The notes under the pieces are model-generated. The model had not been told where the DNA came from and searched no databases. It worked only from the letters and a program-made list of their open reading frames with translations. The translations under genes were made by a program, and so were the position numbers. A DNA stretch of 62,291 nucleotides, counting the filler, from Nemertoderma westbladi (Eukaryota > Animalia > Xenacoelomorpha): the NCBI GenBank assembly GCA_032718475.1. It is 4 parts of 4 records of this genome, joined end to end, with 100 filler letters (N's around TTAATTAATTAA, not from the genome) between each part and the next. Parts side by side here need not be neighbours in the genome. Positions count along the whole stretch, not along the records: positions 15,391 to 46,224 come from JAUCBJ010007415.1; positions 46,325 to 57,248 come from JAUCBJ010006821.1; 2 more parts are not named here. The stretch is one strand, 5' to 3'. Of this stretch, positions 35,213 to 47,843 are shown piece after piece (position 1 is the first letter of the stretch; the number at the start of each line of letters is the position of its first letter).

Positions 35213-38200
35213 ATGACGGGACTCGCCCCCCATCATTGCCACTCAATCGCGATGGGCGAGGGACCGATCGCCTCCTCTTCGGTCCCGGATTCCATCCCCG
35301 GTAAGATGACCTACACCTCCGAGAAACACCCCCGTATCGTCCTCGACTGTATCAGCGCACTCAAAGACAAGAGCGAACTCTGCGACGTCGTTATAATAGT
35401 GAAGGAGCGACGAATCTACACTCACAAACTCATATTGGCCGCGTTTAGTCCCTACTTCCGTGCAATGTTCACCGGGGAATTAGCGGAATCCCGCCAAACG
35501 GAAGTTAAAATCCGAGACGTTGATGAACACGCGATGGAGCAGCTGGTTAACTTCGCCTACACGTCGCACATCACGGTGGAGGAGAAGAACGTACAGACCC
35601 TGCTGCCGGCCGCCTGTCTGCTCCAGGTGACCGAAGTGCAGCACGTATGCTGCGAGTTCCTTAAGAACCAACTGGACCCGAGTAACTGCCTCGGTATCCG
35701 CTCCTTCGCAGACACCCACGCCTGTCGGGACCTGCTCCGTGTAGCCGACACCTACACCCAGCACAACTTCCAGGAGGTTATGGAGAGCGAGGAGTTCCTC
35801 TTGCTTCCGACGGACCAGTTGAAGGCTATCGTTAGCAGCGATGAGCTCAACGTGCGTTCCGAGGAACAGGTGTTCAACGCCGTAATGAACTGGATTCGAT
35901 TTAAAGTCACCGATAGGCGTTCCTTACTACCACAGGTATCAATCTATCTATATATTATATGATGGCCCGACTAAACCTTTTCTAAAGCTTTTCAATAACC
36001 TTCTGACCTTCACCTCAGAATTATCTAACTAAACTACCAAATCTTTGTATTATTTATTAATACCTATTTTATACATTTTGCATTAAGAAAGAGTTTTCTA
36101 TTGCAAAATATAAATAAATAAAAAAATGCATTATTATTCCAAAGCTGCAAAGTGCAAATTCAATTCCCAGTAGATAAATCTACAGGGAGATGGTTTCTCT
36201 ATGGTGGTACAACTAATTGTGGGGCGAGACACGTAGTCGGCGAGCCTTTGCATACGGTTCATATAGGGCAAATGGGGCATGTCCGTCTGTCTGTCCGTCT
36301 GTCTGTCCGTCCGTCTGGTAAATGTTTGAACGCGAATTTCTCGGCATCGCTCGTTCGGAATTGAACCAAACTTAGTGAGTAAGTAGTAGAGAGAAAGTTT
36401 AGAAAGTTTGTAAAGTTTGGTGAAAAATCATGCAGTCTGACGTCAGCTACGACAGATTATGTTGTTTTTAGAAAATGTTAAATTTCTGGGGAAGGCCTCA
36501 TTTTCCTGAGCTGAAATTTTGGTGGCCTGTAGAGAATCATGAAGTCTATCTTTTACGAAATTGAAAAGTTACGACATTTAATTGGGGATCCGCTAGAGAC
36601 TCAGAAGTAATGACATAGGCCTACCGGTACGGTACTGCTGTACAGTGCTGCACTGGTAAGTACGAAATTGCAGAATAACAATTTGACACCACCTAGCGGA
36701 TTAACATATGATTGTATATTGAATGAATACATTTATAGCATGGGATATGGGGTCCAAACTAGACATGCCCCATTTGCTCTATATGAACCGTATGCCAAGG
36801 CTTGCCGACTACGTGCTGCGCGAAGTCCCCACGAACGTGTTATTGTGGTAGACGTGAGTGGATTTACCAACCATTATGAATTTACCAACCATTATGACAA
36901 TTAATTAGGTTGTAGTCTAACACAGTCACACCTTTCCTAAAAATTTTCAATGTCATGAGTTTTCTTAATTCTAGAATATTTTTTGCAACATGTGAGATTC
37001 ATTCTAGAATATTATTATTGCAGGGAATAATATTATAACAATAATACATTTTGATTTTTTTCTTTGATTTTATTCTTGTTGTTCTACAGTTCCTATTACT
37101 TTCATATTATTTTCTCAGTTTTAAATGGATTTCCATTTAAATACTTTTCTCAATTATTACATCTCGTCATAATTGTTGAATATCATATCGTAACCGGACT
37201 GGCGGTCATTTAATTGCGATTAGGTTTCAATATGTAGTTTTTGTAGATGTTAGAGATTTATTTATTTACTAATTCAATTTCTCCCCCACTGCCTCGACTC
37301 GTAGGTTCTGCAACACGTGCGACTCCCGTTACTGAACCCCAAGTTCCTAGTTGGCACGGTGGGCGCGGACCCCTTGATCCGAGGCGACGAGGGTTGTCGC
37401 GATCTCGTAGACGAGGCCAAGAACTACCTGCTGTTACCGCAGGAACGCCCGTTGATGCAGGGGCCGCGAACCCAGCCTCGCAAACCCTCCCGTTGCGGGG
37501 ACGTTGTGTTCGCGGTGGGCGGCTGGTGCAGCGGCGACGCCATCTCCAGCGTCGAACGCTACGAACCCGAGACCAACGAGTGGCGCATGGTGGCGCCGAT
37601 GAATAAACGGCGGTGTGGCGTGGGTGTGGCGGTTCTAGAATGCCTCCTGTACGCGGTGGGGGGCCATGACGGCGGCTCCTACCTGAACAGTAACGAGCGA
37701 TACGACCCCAAGACCAACCAGTGGTACAACGACGTGGCCCCCACGAGCACCTGTAGGACCAGCGTGGGGGTGGCCGTGTTGGACGGGTTCCTGTACGCGG
37801 TCGGCGGCCAGGACGGGGTCTCCTGTCTCAACATAGTCGAGCGTTACGAACCGAGTACCAACAGATGGACTCGGGTCGCCTCTATGATGACACGCAGACT
37901 GGGTTAGACTATCCGTTATATTTAATAGCTCGATTACTAGGCACAAGGAACTCTGTCTGTAAGGAACTCTGTCTGTAAGGAACTCTGTCTGTAAGGAACT
38001 CTGTCTGTAAGGAACTCTGTCTGTAAGGAACTCTGTCTGTAAAGAACTCTGTCTGTAAGGAACTCTGTCTGTAAGGAACTCTGTCTGTAAGGAACTCTGT
38101 CTGTAAGGAACTCTGTCTGTAAGGAACTCTGTCTGTAAGGAACTCTGTCTGTAAAGAACTCTGTCTGTAAGGAACTCTGTCTGTAAGGAACTCTGTCTGT

Positions 38201-40103
38201 AAGGAACTCTGTCTGTGAGGAACTCTGTCTGTAAGGAACTCTGTCTGTAAAGAACTCTGTCTGTAAGGAACTCTGTCTGTAAGGAACTCTGTCTGTAAGG
38301 AACTCTGTCAGTAAGGAACTCTGTCTGTAAGGAACTCTGTCTGTAAGGAACTCTGGCTGTAAGGAACTCTGTCTGTGAGGAACTCTGTCAGTAAGGAACT
38401 CTGTCTGTAAGAAACTCTGTCTGTAAGGAACTCTGTCTGTAAGGAACTCTGGCTGTAAGGAACTCTGTCTGTGAGGAACTCTGTCTGTAAGGAACTCTGT
38501 CTGTGAGGAACTCTGTCTGTAAGGAACTCTGTCTGTAAGGAACTCTGTCTGTAAGGAACTCTGTCTGTAAGGAACTCTGTCTGTAAGGAACTCTGTCTGT
38601 AAGGAACTCTGTCTGTAAGGAACTCTGTCTGTAGAGGAACTCTGTCTGTAAGGAACTCTGTCTGTAAGGAACTCTGTCTGTAAGGAACTCTGTCTGTAAG
38701 GAACTCTGTCTGTGAGGAACTCTGTCTGTAAGGAACTCTGTCTGTAAGGAACTCTGTCTGTAAGGAACTCTGTCTGTAAGGAACTCTGTCTGTAAGGAAC
38801 TCTGTCTGTAAGGAACTCTGTCTGTAAGGAACTCTGTCTGTAAGGAACTCTGGCTGTAAGGAACTCTGTCTGTAAGGAACTCTGTCTGTAAGGAACTCTG
38901 TCTGTAAGGAACTCTGTCTGTAAGGAACTCTGTCTGTAAGGAACTCTGTCTGTAAGGAACTCTGTCTGTAAGGAACTCTGTCTGTAAGGAACTCTGTCTG
39001 TAAGGAACTCTGTCTGTAAGGAACTCTGTCTGTAAGGAACTCTGTCTGTAAGGAACTCTGTCTGTAAGGAACTCTGTCTGTAAGGAACTCTGTCTGTAAG
39101 GAACTCTGTCTGTAAGGAACTCTGTCTGTAAGGAACTCTGTCTGTAGAGGAACTCTGTCTGTAAGGAACTCTGTCTGTAAGGAACTCTGTCTGTAAGGAA
39201 CTCTGTCTGTAAGGAACTCTGTCTGTAAGGAACTCTGTCTGTAAGGAACTCTGTCTGTAAGGAACTCAGTCTGTAAGGAACTCTGTCTGTGAGGAACTCT
39301 GTCTGTAAGGAACTCTGTCTGTAAGGAACGCTGTTAACTTGCAGGTGGAACGCATCGCATTGTGTCTCTAAATAATCGTTGGACTTATTTAATTACAAAC
39401 TATTTATTTTCTATTTTACTTTCACCCCCAGCTGAACTGTTTAATCTCTATTTCCTATATGGAGTTTAGAGCCACAATAATGTCAGAAAACTAAAAAAAT
39501 TGAAAACAAAACATTGCCGGTGTCTTTTTTATTTTTTTACAGTAAAAATAAAGTTATGTTATGTAAAATATAATTAGTGTATAATTGCCACCCAGCATAT
39601 CGGTGTTTTTGTTTTACGTTACAGGAGTGGCGGTGGCTGTCCTCGGTGGCTGTCTCTACGCTATCGGTGGCTCTGACGGCTCTATCCCATTAAACACCGT
39701 AGAGAAGTACGACCCGCGCACTAACCGCTGGATCCAGGTCACCGCCATGAACACGCGGAGGAAGCACCTCGGGTGCGCGGTCTTTAACGACCACATCTAC
39801 GCGGTGGGCGGCCGGGACGACCAGACGGAACTGAGCAGCGGGGAACGCTACAACCCCGCCTCCAATACATGGCAACCCGTGGTCGCTATGACGTCACGCC
39901 GCAGCGGGGTCGGTCTGGCCGTCTGCTCCGGGCAGCTCATGGCCGTCGGAGGGTTCGACGGTAATACGTACCTGAAGACCGTCGAGGTCTACGACGTAGT
40001 GGCGAACTCGTGGAAGTTATGCGGCGCGATGAACTACCGGAGACTCGGTGGCGGTGTCGGTGTCGTTAAACTGCCGAGGTGCGAGAGTCATCTGTGGCAC
40101 TGA
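35213..40103 (+). CDS. KLHL20: Kelch-like protein 20 / diablo (BTB-BACK-6 Kelch); exons 35213-35935, 37305-37902, 39625-40103; 599 aa
   Basis: BTB ([31 protein letters not shown]), BACK ([11 protein letters not shown]), [16 protein letters not shown] and [17 protein letters not shown] are typical of KLHL20. GT-AG introns (CAG|gt 35936, ag|GTT 37305, G|gt 37903, ag|GA 39625) keep the frame and give 1800 nt. Confidence 0.95.
36218..36832 (+). mobile_element. Helentron-associated (HINE/DINE-1-like) element in KLHL20 intron 1
   Basis: Long subterminal inverted repeat (CACGTAGTCGGCGAGCC..GGGCAAATGGGGCATGTC vs GACATGCCCCATTTGC..GCCGACTACGTG) and a (CTGT/CCGT)n microsatellite. Near-identical inverted copy at 46820-47235. 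Confidence 0.75.
37945..39328 (+). repeat. 16-bp minisatellite, about 86 copies, in KLHL20 intron 2
   Basis: Unit AAGGAACTCTGTCTGT. Confidence 0.97.
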
Positions 40104-40581
40104 GGGTCCGACATCGGAGTTTATAGCGGGAAACCTAATATTGTGCAGATATTATAATGTTTTGTTACTTTTTTAGCCTTTCATTATTTCCGTTTGTAAT
40201 GTAAGTGAGATTCTTCGAACCGCCCTCTAGCTAGTCAGCCATATTGGGTTATTGGTCTTTGTGCTGTAGATTTTAATGCCGTCTTGGTTTAATATTATTT
40301 GTTTTAATAATTTACTGGCTATTAAATCACACATTTTAATATTAATAATATACAATCTATTTTGAAATTATAACTGGTAATTGATAATTGTTCTCGTGAA
40401 GTTCTCTAAAATATCGGCGTGATAATTTTAATTTCTATCTGATTAATTAATAATTTACGTCATCATAAAAGGTTTATATAAATTATTTATTACATTGTAA
40501 ATAATGTAGAACATTGTTTCCACTATTATACTCGAGATAATTTATTATCCGAACGTGGCGAGGTAATTTGGGGGATTTTAC

Positions 40582-41636
40582 ACGTACGTGTACATGTGTT
40601 CGTACGTGTACGTATACGTGTACGTGTACGTTACGTACGTGTGTACGTACATGTACGTGTGTACGTACGTGTACGTGTACGTACGTGTACATGTACGTAC
40701 GTGTTCGAGTACGCGTGTACGTACATGTACGTGTGTACGTACGTGTACGTGTGTACGTACGTGTACGTGTACGTACGTGTTCGAGTACGCGTGTACGTGT
40801 GTACGTACGTGTACATGTATGTACGTGTACATGTACATGTACGTACGTGTACGTGTACATTAACATGTACGTACGTGTACGTATACGTGTACGTATACGT
40901 ATACGTGTACGTATACGTGTACATCTACGTGTACGTGTACATGTACATGTACGTACGTGTACGTGTACATTAACGTGTACGTACGTGTACGTGTACGTAC
41001 GTGTACATGTACGTACGTCTACATGTACGTACGTGTACGTGTACATGTATGTATGTGTACGTCTACGTGTACGTACGTGTACGTGTACATTAGCATGTAC
41101 GTACGTGTACGTATACGTGTCCGTATACGTTACGTGTACATTAACGTGTACGTACGTGTACGTGTACGTCTACGTGTACGTCTATGTGCACGTCTACGTG
41201 TACGTCTACGTGTACGTCTACGTGTACGTCTACGTGTACGTCTACGTGTACGTGTACGTGTACATTAACGTGTACGTACGTGTACGTGTGTACGTACGTG
41301 TAGCAAGCAAAGCAAACAGTCGGCCGAAGCCGGAGGCGACCCGAAGGCTCCTCTTTCGATAGCTGCTACCCGAGGGTAGGGGTGGTCGCTACTCCTATCT
41401 GCTACCCGAAGATAGGGGTGGGCGCTACTCCTATCCCAAGATTTGCTCCCAGTTATTTAACTGGTACTCATTTTATCGACCCCAGTGGATGGAAGGCTGA
41501 GTGGACCCTGGCGGGGCTGAACCTACGACCAATAGATTGCAGGCCCGGCGCTCAACCAACTGAGCTACCCCGCCTTTAGCTGACGTGTACGTGTACGTGT
41601 ACATTAACGTGTACGTGTGTTCATGTACGTGTACAT
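40582..41636. repeat. Alternating purine-pyrimidine (GTAC/ACGT/GT) microsatellite, interrupted by a SINE
   Basis: Almost unbroken (RY)n such as GTGTACGTACGTGTACATGTAC. Confidence 0.95.
41303..41575 (-). mobile_element. tRNA-derived SINE with Meta-like central domain
   Basis: Minus strand: head GGCGGGGTAGCTCAGTTGGTTGAGCG (A box) and GGTTCAGCCCC (B-box-like), then ACTCAGCCTTCCATCC..GGTCGATAAAATGAGTACCAG, and a short (TTTGC)-like tail. Confidence 0.8.
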
Positions 41637-42811
41637 TAGGGATGCGACAGAGCTAAAATTTCATCCGGAGCCGGAGCCCGGAGGTTCCTCCGGATTACAA
41701 TATGAGCTCCGGCCGGAGACGGAGCCGGAGCCGGAGGTTTGGTGATTGATAATTCCAGTGTATTATTATAGTAGACATAAACAGATATGTGTCCATGAGA
41801 CATGGGGGGGGGGGGGGGGGGATTTGATGCAATTTCTTACGCGGCGAATTAATATCTCGCCTCAATGTTAAATTATCAATTAAGGGAAATGAGCAATTTA
41901 CAGTCGCATACTATTATAATCAAAACAATAAACTAACTATATTCAATATAACAGGTTACATTTTTTTTGGTAGTAATCAGCAGTTATTTGCGTCGATTTT
42001 CCCCTGGAGAGGGAAGGGATGAATTTATATTGCGTCCAAAGACTCCCTGCTGTAAAATGGTACATCAACCAATGGGTATCGTGACGAAGCCAAAAAACTA
42101 TATTGGGGGGTGGGAGGGGGTGATACTCTACCGACATCAAAACAACGCAGGACATTATTATGACCATCGCTAATTATGTCTATAATTTATGTCAGGTAAT
42201 ACGTCATAGGTCCTATAGTCCTGTGACATAATGTCCTGCGACAATAGCCTTATTTACAACAGCTATGATTACTAGTATAAAATTAATCTGTAACATGTGC
42301 TATCGAGTCTCGTTTATTGTTTTGGTTAGAATAATACCGGTCCGTCACTATATAACCTGCACCCTTCTCGACTGAAAAAACGACATGAACAGTACCAACC
42401 TGTAGTGGATGCGGGTGGGGGTCAGTGGAATTGGGGTTCTAGACTGACGAACGAAACGATAGTACATGTACAGTATTTAATATTTTTAATTAGGGAAGAA
42501 TATTAATTGAATTAACTGAATCATTTCAATGTTTTTGTTTAAACATTTAAACAATTTCACAAGGGTGGGTGGGGGTTTATTAGGAAACTTAAAAATACAA
42601 GCTGTAAATTACTTAATGAGTTATTATGTTAATTACTATGATATTTACATTATTCATACATCAGAAAAACTTATTATTTTAATTCAAATTTCAACAACAT
42701 AAGCTCCGGATTGGCTCCGGGTTAATTTGCCCGGAGCCGGAACCAGAGCCGGAACTAGAAAATTGGCCCGGAGCTCCGGATTTCCGGAGCCGGAGCTCTG
42801 TCGCATCCCTA
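41637..42811. mobile_element. hAT-type non-autonomous DNA transposon
   Basis: TIR TAGGGATGCGACAGAGCT / AGCTCTGTCGCATCCCTA. 8-bp TSD GTGTACAT at 41629-41636 and 42812-42819. Subterminal CCGGAG repeats at both ends. Confidence 0.9.
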
Positions 42812-44319
42812 GTGTACATATACCTTAACGTTAACAAAGTTCGTAAAAGAAGTAAAAATAATGTAAACGGTATGAGAATAATGTTGTTGATTGTTTGACA
42901 CCATTTCTATGGAAGGAGTTAAAATAATGTTCTATTTGAAAATAATAACTATTTATTGTACGGTAAATAAAAAATATGCTTTATTTACCGTTCGTCCCGA
43001 GATCTAGGGGCGAAAAGGTAAATAACGTGTTTTATTTATCGTACAATATGTCAAGTTAACGTTAAAATCATTCTTATTATTAAGTATTAAAGATATTATT
43101 GTTTAATAAGTAATTGAACATTGCACCAGTCGCACCGCAGTTATTCTTCGTCCTTATTGTGATTTGTTGATACCAAGGAAAAGGTGTTGTTGACAAGGAT
43201 TCCAAATTTGTAAATAACTATTAATGTTGTTGAGAAATAGCTGAGATATGGGCGTTCAAAATGTGAAGGTATTAGCATCCGTTACAGCCTGCAGGACAGG
43301 CCATTTATTATATTTAATAAATAAATACACAATATTCTGGAACATAACTATATATTTTAAGATTATTAATTACTTGATGTCAGTTTACTAGTCGTGGCTA
43401 CTCATTAAATAAATAAAATTACAGTGCAAAGTTGACTGATTGATGAGCAATAATCCCCTTCTACCTAAGTAAATAATGCAAATCTATTTACCGCTAGCCC
43501 ATTGACTGGGCGGTAAATAATGTTAATTTTAACAATAAAATATTTTAAATTGTTTTTGTGTGTTTGAGTGATTCCAAAATAAAAATTGCATACAACAATT
43601 TTCTAGTATAGACACGGGATACTTACTGTAAAATGATCAGGTCATATAACACTGACTGGACTGACTAACTCACTCACTGATAATAATCAGGAACTCACTT
43701 CCTGCCTGGCGTATTTGATTAAACTTTGCAAGTACATTGCTTTGGTGGTTCATTATCGCGTTACAAAATTTCAGATTGATTCTATGTGTGGTATTCGATA
43801 TATTTAGTTTTTTGACATTATTTAGTCGCGAAACTAAATGTATTTAGACATTCATTGACAGCTGTGGCAAAGGAATACATAGAGAGTTGGCTGTAGGAGT
43901 ATTATTGGGCGGGCCTGACCCATTAGAATACATCAAAAGCAGCCCTATTAATTAACTAGAAAAGCCAGCAAGTTGGCTATAAGAAGACCGCCCATAGACA
44001 AACGTAGTGTAGCTGGTTCCCTCCCCAGAGAGTAATCCCAACCACTAAATGTCAATATGAATCTAAGATTTGAACGACCCTGTGCTTATATTTAAATCCG
44101 CTGGCCTACCACCTAACACGTTCTTCAAATTTTTTATGTACTTTTGATGATTCTCTTTCCGATGATATATCGTTTTCTACCCCTTAACTTTCCCATACTT
44201 CCTCAAAGCCACCTATTTTAGTTAAAAGTTTGCTGTTATATATTATTTTATACTAAAATAATTTATTTTAAAGGAGGCCTACAATTGTAAATATTCATAT
44301 TCAATTCATAGACGAAACA

Positions 44320-44591
44320 GCGGCTTGGTCTAATGGTAGCAATCTGATCTTTCTCTCAGGAGGCCCCAAGGTTCGATCCCTGGACGTCGCAGTACTTTTT
44401 GGGCAGTGGGCTTGAAATGCTACAGACTAGCTCTGCCCAGGTTTTCACTCTTTACTGGTCGATAAATGGGAAGCATTGGAAGGGTTTACTGTGGAAGATC
44501 AAAGATCAGCCATGGTGGTGAACAGGCATTCCTTTAGGAAAGAGAGTTGAAGGGTTTACTGTGGAAGATCAAAGATCAGCCATGGTGGTGA
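44320..44591 (+). mobile_element. tRNA-derived SINE, with an internal duplication and interrupted by an IS3EU-like element
   Basis: TGGTCTAATGG (A box), GGTTCGATCCC (B box), downstream GGTCGATAAATG. The 43-bp block GAAGGGTTTACTG..ATGGTGGTGA is duplicated at 44479 and 44549. Confidence 0.65.
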
Positions 44592-44929
44592 TACGGTGGC
44601 TGAAAGCGGCCAAACAATATTAATTAAGCGTTTTTTTTTAATTTCAACCCGGGTTGATATTATTTTCAACCCGGGTTGATATTATTTTCAACCCGGGTTG
44701 ATATTATTTTCAACCCGGGTTGATATTATTTTCAACCCGGGTTGATATTATTTTCAACCCGGGTTGATATTATTTTCAAACCGGGTTGATATTATTTTCA
44801 ACCCGGGTTGATATTATTTTCAACCCGGGTTGATATTATTTTCAACCCGGGTTGATATTATTTTCAACCCGGGTTGAAATTAAAAAAAAACGCTTAATTA
44901 ATATTGTTTGGCCGCTTTCAGCCACCGTA
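44592..44929. mobile_element. IS3EU-like MITE made only of TIRs plus a 22-bp palindromic tandem array
   Basis: Perfect TIRs TACGGTGGCTGAAAGCGGCCAAACAATATTAATTAAGCG... 6-bp TSD TGGTGA at 44586-44591 and 44930-44935. About 11 copies of TTCAACCCGGGTTGATATTATT. Confidence 0.8.
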
Positions 44930-45537
44930 TGGTGAACATATAATTATATGATGTTAGACAACCACGACTTTAGAGGGATTGTGATATTAATATGAAAACA
45001 ATAAAATAGGTCATGGGGTCTTATTCCCTCAGATACTACCTAGCATTTAGGGCCACTTGGGCCACTGTTAGTACTCCGGCACTAAGGCCCATCAAAAAAA
45101 CCAAAATACCAAACCGATTTTAGTGCTACATAACCCAACCCAACTACCACAAGAAAAATTACACCAAACCATACGGGCAGCTGATACCTGGTGTGAATCC
45201 ACCTTAATGAGTAAGTTTTCATGTCGACAATTGGCGGTATTGTCCATCAACAATGACATTTAGTCATATAGGTGGACCATGCGGGATACGGATACCGCAC
45301 TGTTTAGGAAGTGACTGAACTACGCAAACGCCAAAACTCAAAAGAGAAAAGAAGGGTATTACTAGTGCAATGATAAGGCAGTTAAAGTCACAGACATCAT
45401 TAGCTGGCATTTACTTGAAGTTAAGTTACTAAGTTTAGGAGATTCGGTTCAAGACAGCGACCTGTGTTTAGCTCTATTAATAATAGCTTTACACTATAGG
45501 CCTACATGAAGGTGGAAGGTAATGGGTTGCCAGGACA

Positions 45538-45568
<31 letters not shown>

Positions 45569-46224
45569 AAAAAAATTATATGAGATGAGTCTATTAAATA
45601 AATCTGCATAAAGTACACACTATACAATATTATTCTCTGTAACCCTGTAATAGGTTTCACGGACGGGGGTTCGTATAACGACAGCCAAGATTTACACTGT
45701 TTGCTGTTAGTAAATATTGTAGGATGTACATGTACAATGCACCCCAGCTCAAAGACATGATGAATTACAGCTAATTCGTACTGTCGAATTGGCAAGTAGA
45801 ATCACCTCATTACCTCCACCCCAGCTGAAACATAAATTACTGTATGTTTGCCAAAGGAGGTTGTTGTCAGGGCGACCGTGCTCTCAGTAATGTAACCGCG
45901 AACCAACTGTCATTGGCTGAGGAAATGTGCTGTGGGCAGATGGTGTTCATTGGCTTTGTTTGCTTTTGCAATCCCGTGCCAAGCCTATGTAGGGACTAAT
46001 TCTACAGCTGAGAGCTAAACTACTGTATGTATGTGTAAACTTTACAGTATATTATATAGTATTAATCTGTGTCAGCTATTTTTCTGGTCTGACATTATAA
46101 TTCCATCATATTGTATTGTATTACCCTGTATGTTTTTTGTTGGCTCCAACTTGGACACCCTGTTCGTCTTAAATAATGGATCCATTTATTCCATTTACAA
46201 TCTGCACAATTTAGAATTTAAATT

Positions 46225-46324
46225 NNNNNNNNNNNNNNNNNNNNNNNNNNNNNNNNNNNNNNNNNNNNTTAATTAATTAANNNNNNNNNNNNNNNNNNNN
46301 NNNNNNNNNNNNNNNNNNNNNNNN
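46225..46324. other. Scaffold gap with TTAATTAATTAA linker
   Basis: N run with central linker. Confidence 0.95.
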
Positions 46325-46652
46325 TACATAGCAATAAAAATTAAACCGTCGAACCCAATCTCCCGGGAATATCCAGCGGGTGAATGGTCGCGCACGGATT
46401 GGTTTCGACTAGTGTAGTGAATCAAATACTTGTCATAGACTAAAAAGCAGATTTATTATCTAGAAGACATTCTAATTTGGCGGGTTAAACTGCCAAAGGT
46501 CTGAAAGCGCGAACAGTCTTATTTTGATAAAAACTCAGATTATTTCTAAATTTCTAATAGACTGCATGCATAATGTAATAAAAGTTGGTTTAATTCTAGT
46601 AATTATTGTTGGCTTTAAAAAAATTTAATATAAAAAACGTGCAAAATAAGTT

Positions 46653-46738
46653 TCGCCAGAGATATGATTCGAACCAGCGCGAGAAGATCCATTGGATGGA
46701 TAGTCCAACGCCTTATCCACTCAGCCAACACCGCTCGA
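46653..46738 (-). repeat. tRNA-derived SINE head or tRNA pseudogene
   Basis: Minus strand TGGCTGAGTGGATAAGGCGTTGGACT...GGTTCGAATC (A and B boxes, long variable arm); acceptor stem does not close. Confidence 0.55.
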
Positions 46739-46819
46739 GGTGACGAGGTGGCCAATGAAGGTATTAAAGTTTTATACTGCAATTTCATAATCACTACTGA
46801 TAAGTACAACAGTAGGCCT

Positions 46820-47235
46820 AGCGTACCGGTAGGCCTATGTCATTACTTCGGAGTCTCTAGCGGATCCCCAATTAAATGTCTTAACTTTTCAATTTCGTAA
46901 AAGATAGACTTCATAATTCTCTACAAGCAACCAAAATTTCAGCTCAGGAAAATGAGGCGTTCCCGAGAAATTTAACATTTTCTAAAAACCACATAATCTG
47001 TCGTAGCTGACGTCAGACTGCATGATTTTTCACCAAACTTTACAAACTTTCTAAACTTTCTCTCTACTACTTACCTACTAAGTTTGGTTCAATTCCGAAC
47101 GAGCGATGCCGAGAAATTCGCGTTCAAACATTTACCAGACAGACGGACAGACAGACAGACGGACAGACGGACATGCCCCATTTGCCCTATATGAACCGTA
47201 TGCCAAGGCTCGCCGACTACGTGTCTCGCCCCACA
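46820..47235 (-). mobile_element. HINE/DINE-1-like element, inverted copy of 36218-36635
   Basis: Near-identical reverse complement of the left part of the KLHL20 intron 1 element. Confidence 0.8.
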
Positions 47236-47624
47236 GTGTAACTTTTGATAAATTTGAATTCCTAAAAGGTGCATTGTGTTAATTTTTAAGGAGTTTTAAA
47301 TTTTGATCTTTCTAGTGGACGCTCCCATAAATGCGGTTTTTTTATTCATGGATGATTGGAAATCTCAAGCTTTTGCTGAACAGGCAACAATGGGTACCGT
47401 GCAATTACTTTGAAGTGATTAAATAGCTCGCGCCAGTCAGTCAGCCAACGTGTACTGGGCTCGCCACGGTGTGTCATGATGTGGTTGAGCAGTCTTGCCT
47501 TATTCCTTGATCACTACCATCCTTAGCAGTCCCATCCTGGTGCTGTCTAACGCGTTCAAACTGTTGCCTCTTCTGCAAAAGCATGAAATGTCTAATATTC
47601 ACACTGTCACTCACAATGTTCACG

Positions 47625-47843
47625 CTGCTTACTGGTCACACATGTCTTTTGTTTCATTGCCTGTTTCTTCTCCCTTTGGGACTTGACACTCTAAATATCA
47701 TAAAATTGTACACGAGCTATTGTCTTAACTAGGTTACCTTAAATACTGTAGCTCGTGTACAATTTTATGATATTTAGAGTGTCAAGTCCCAAAGGGAGAA
47801 GAAACAGGCAATGAAACAAAAGATATGTGTGACCAGTAAGCAG
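47625..47843. repeat. Long near-perfect inverted repeat (95-bp arms, 29-nt spacer)
   Basis: 47625-47719 is the reverse complement of 47749-47843 with one mismatch. Confidence 0.95.

Noticed and set aside
40483-41362. Multiple long ORFs on both strands (VYVYVY, TRTRT)
   Set aside because: They arise from a stop-poor (RY)n microsatellite.
41500-41575. tRNA genes here and at 44320 and 46653
   Set aside because: A and B boxes are present but cloverleaf acceptor stems do not close, and two continue into SINE bodies.
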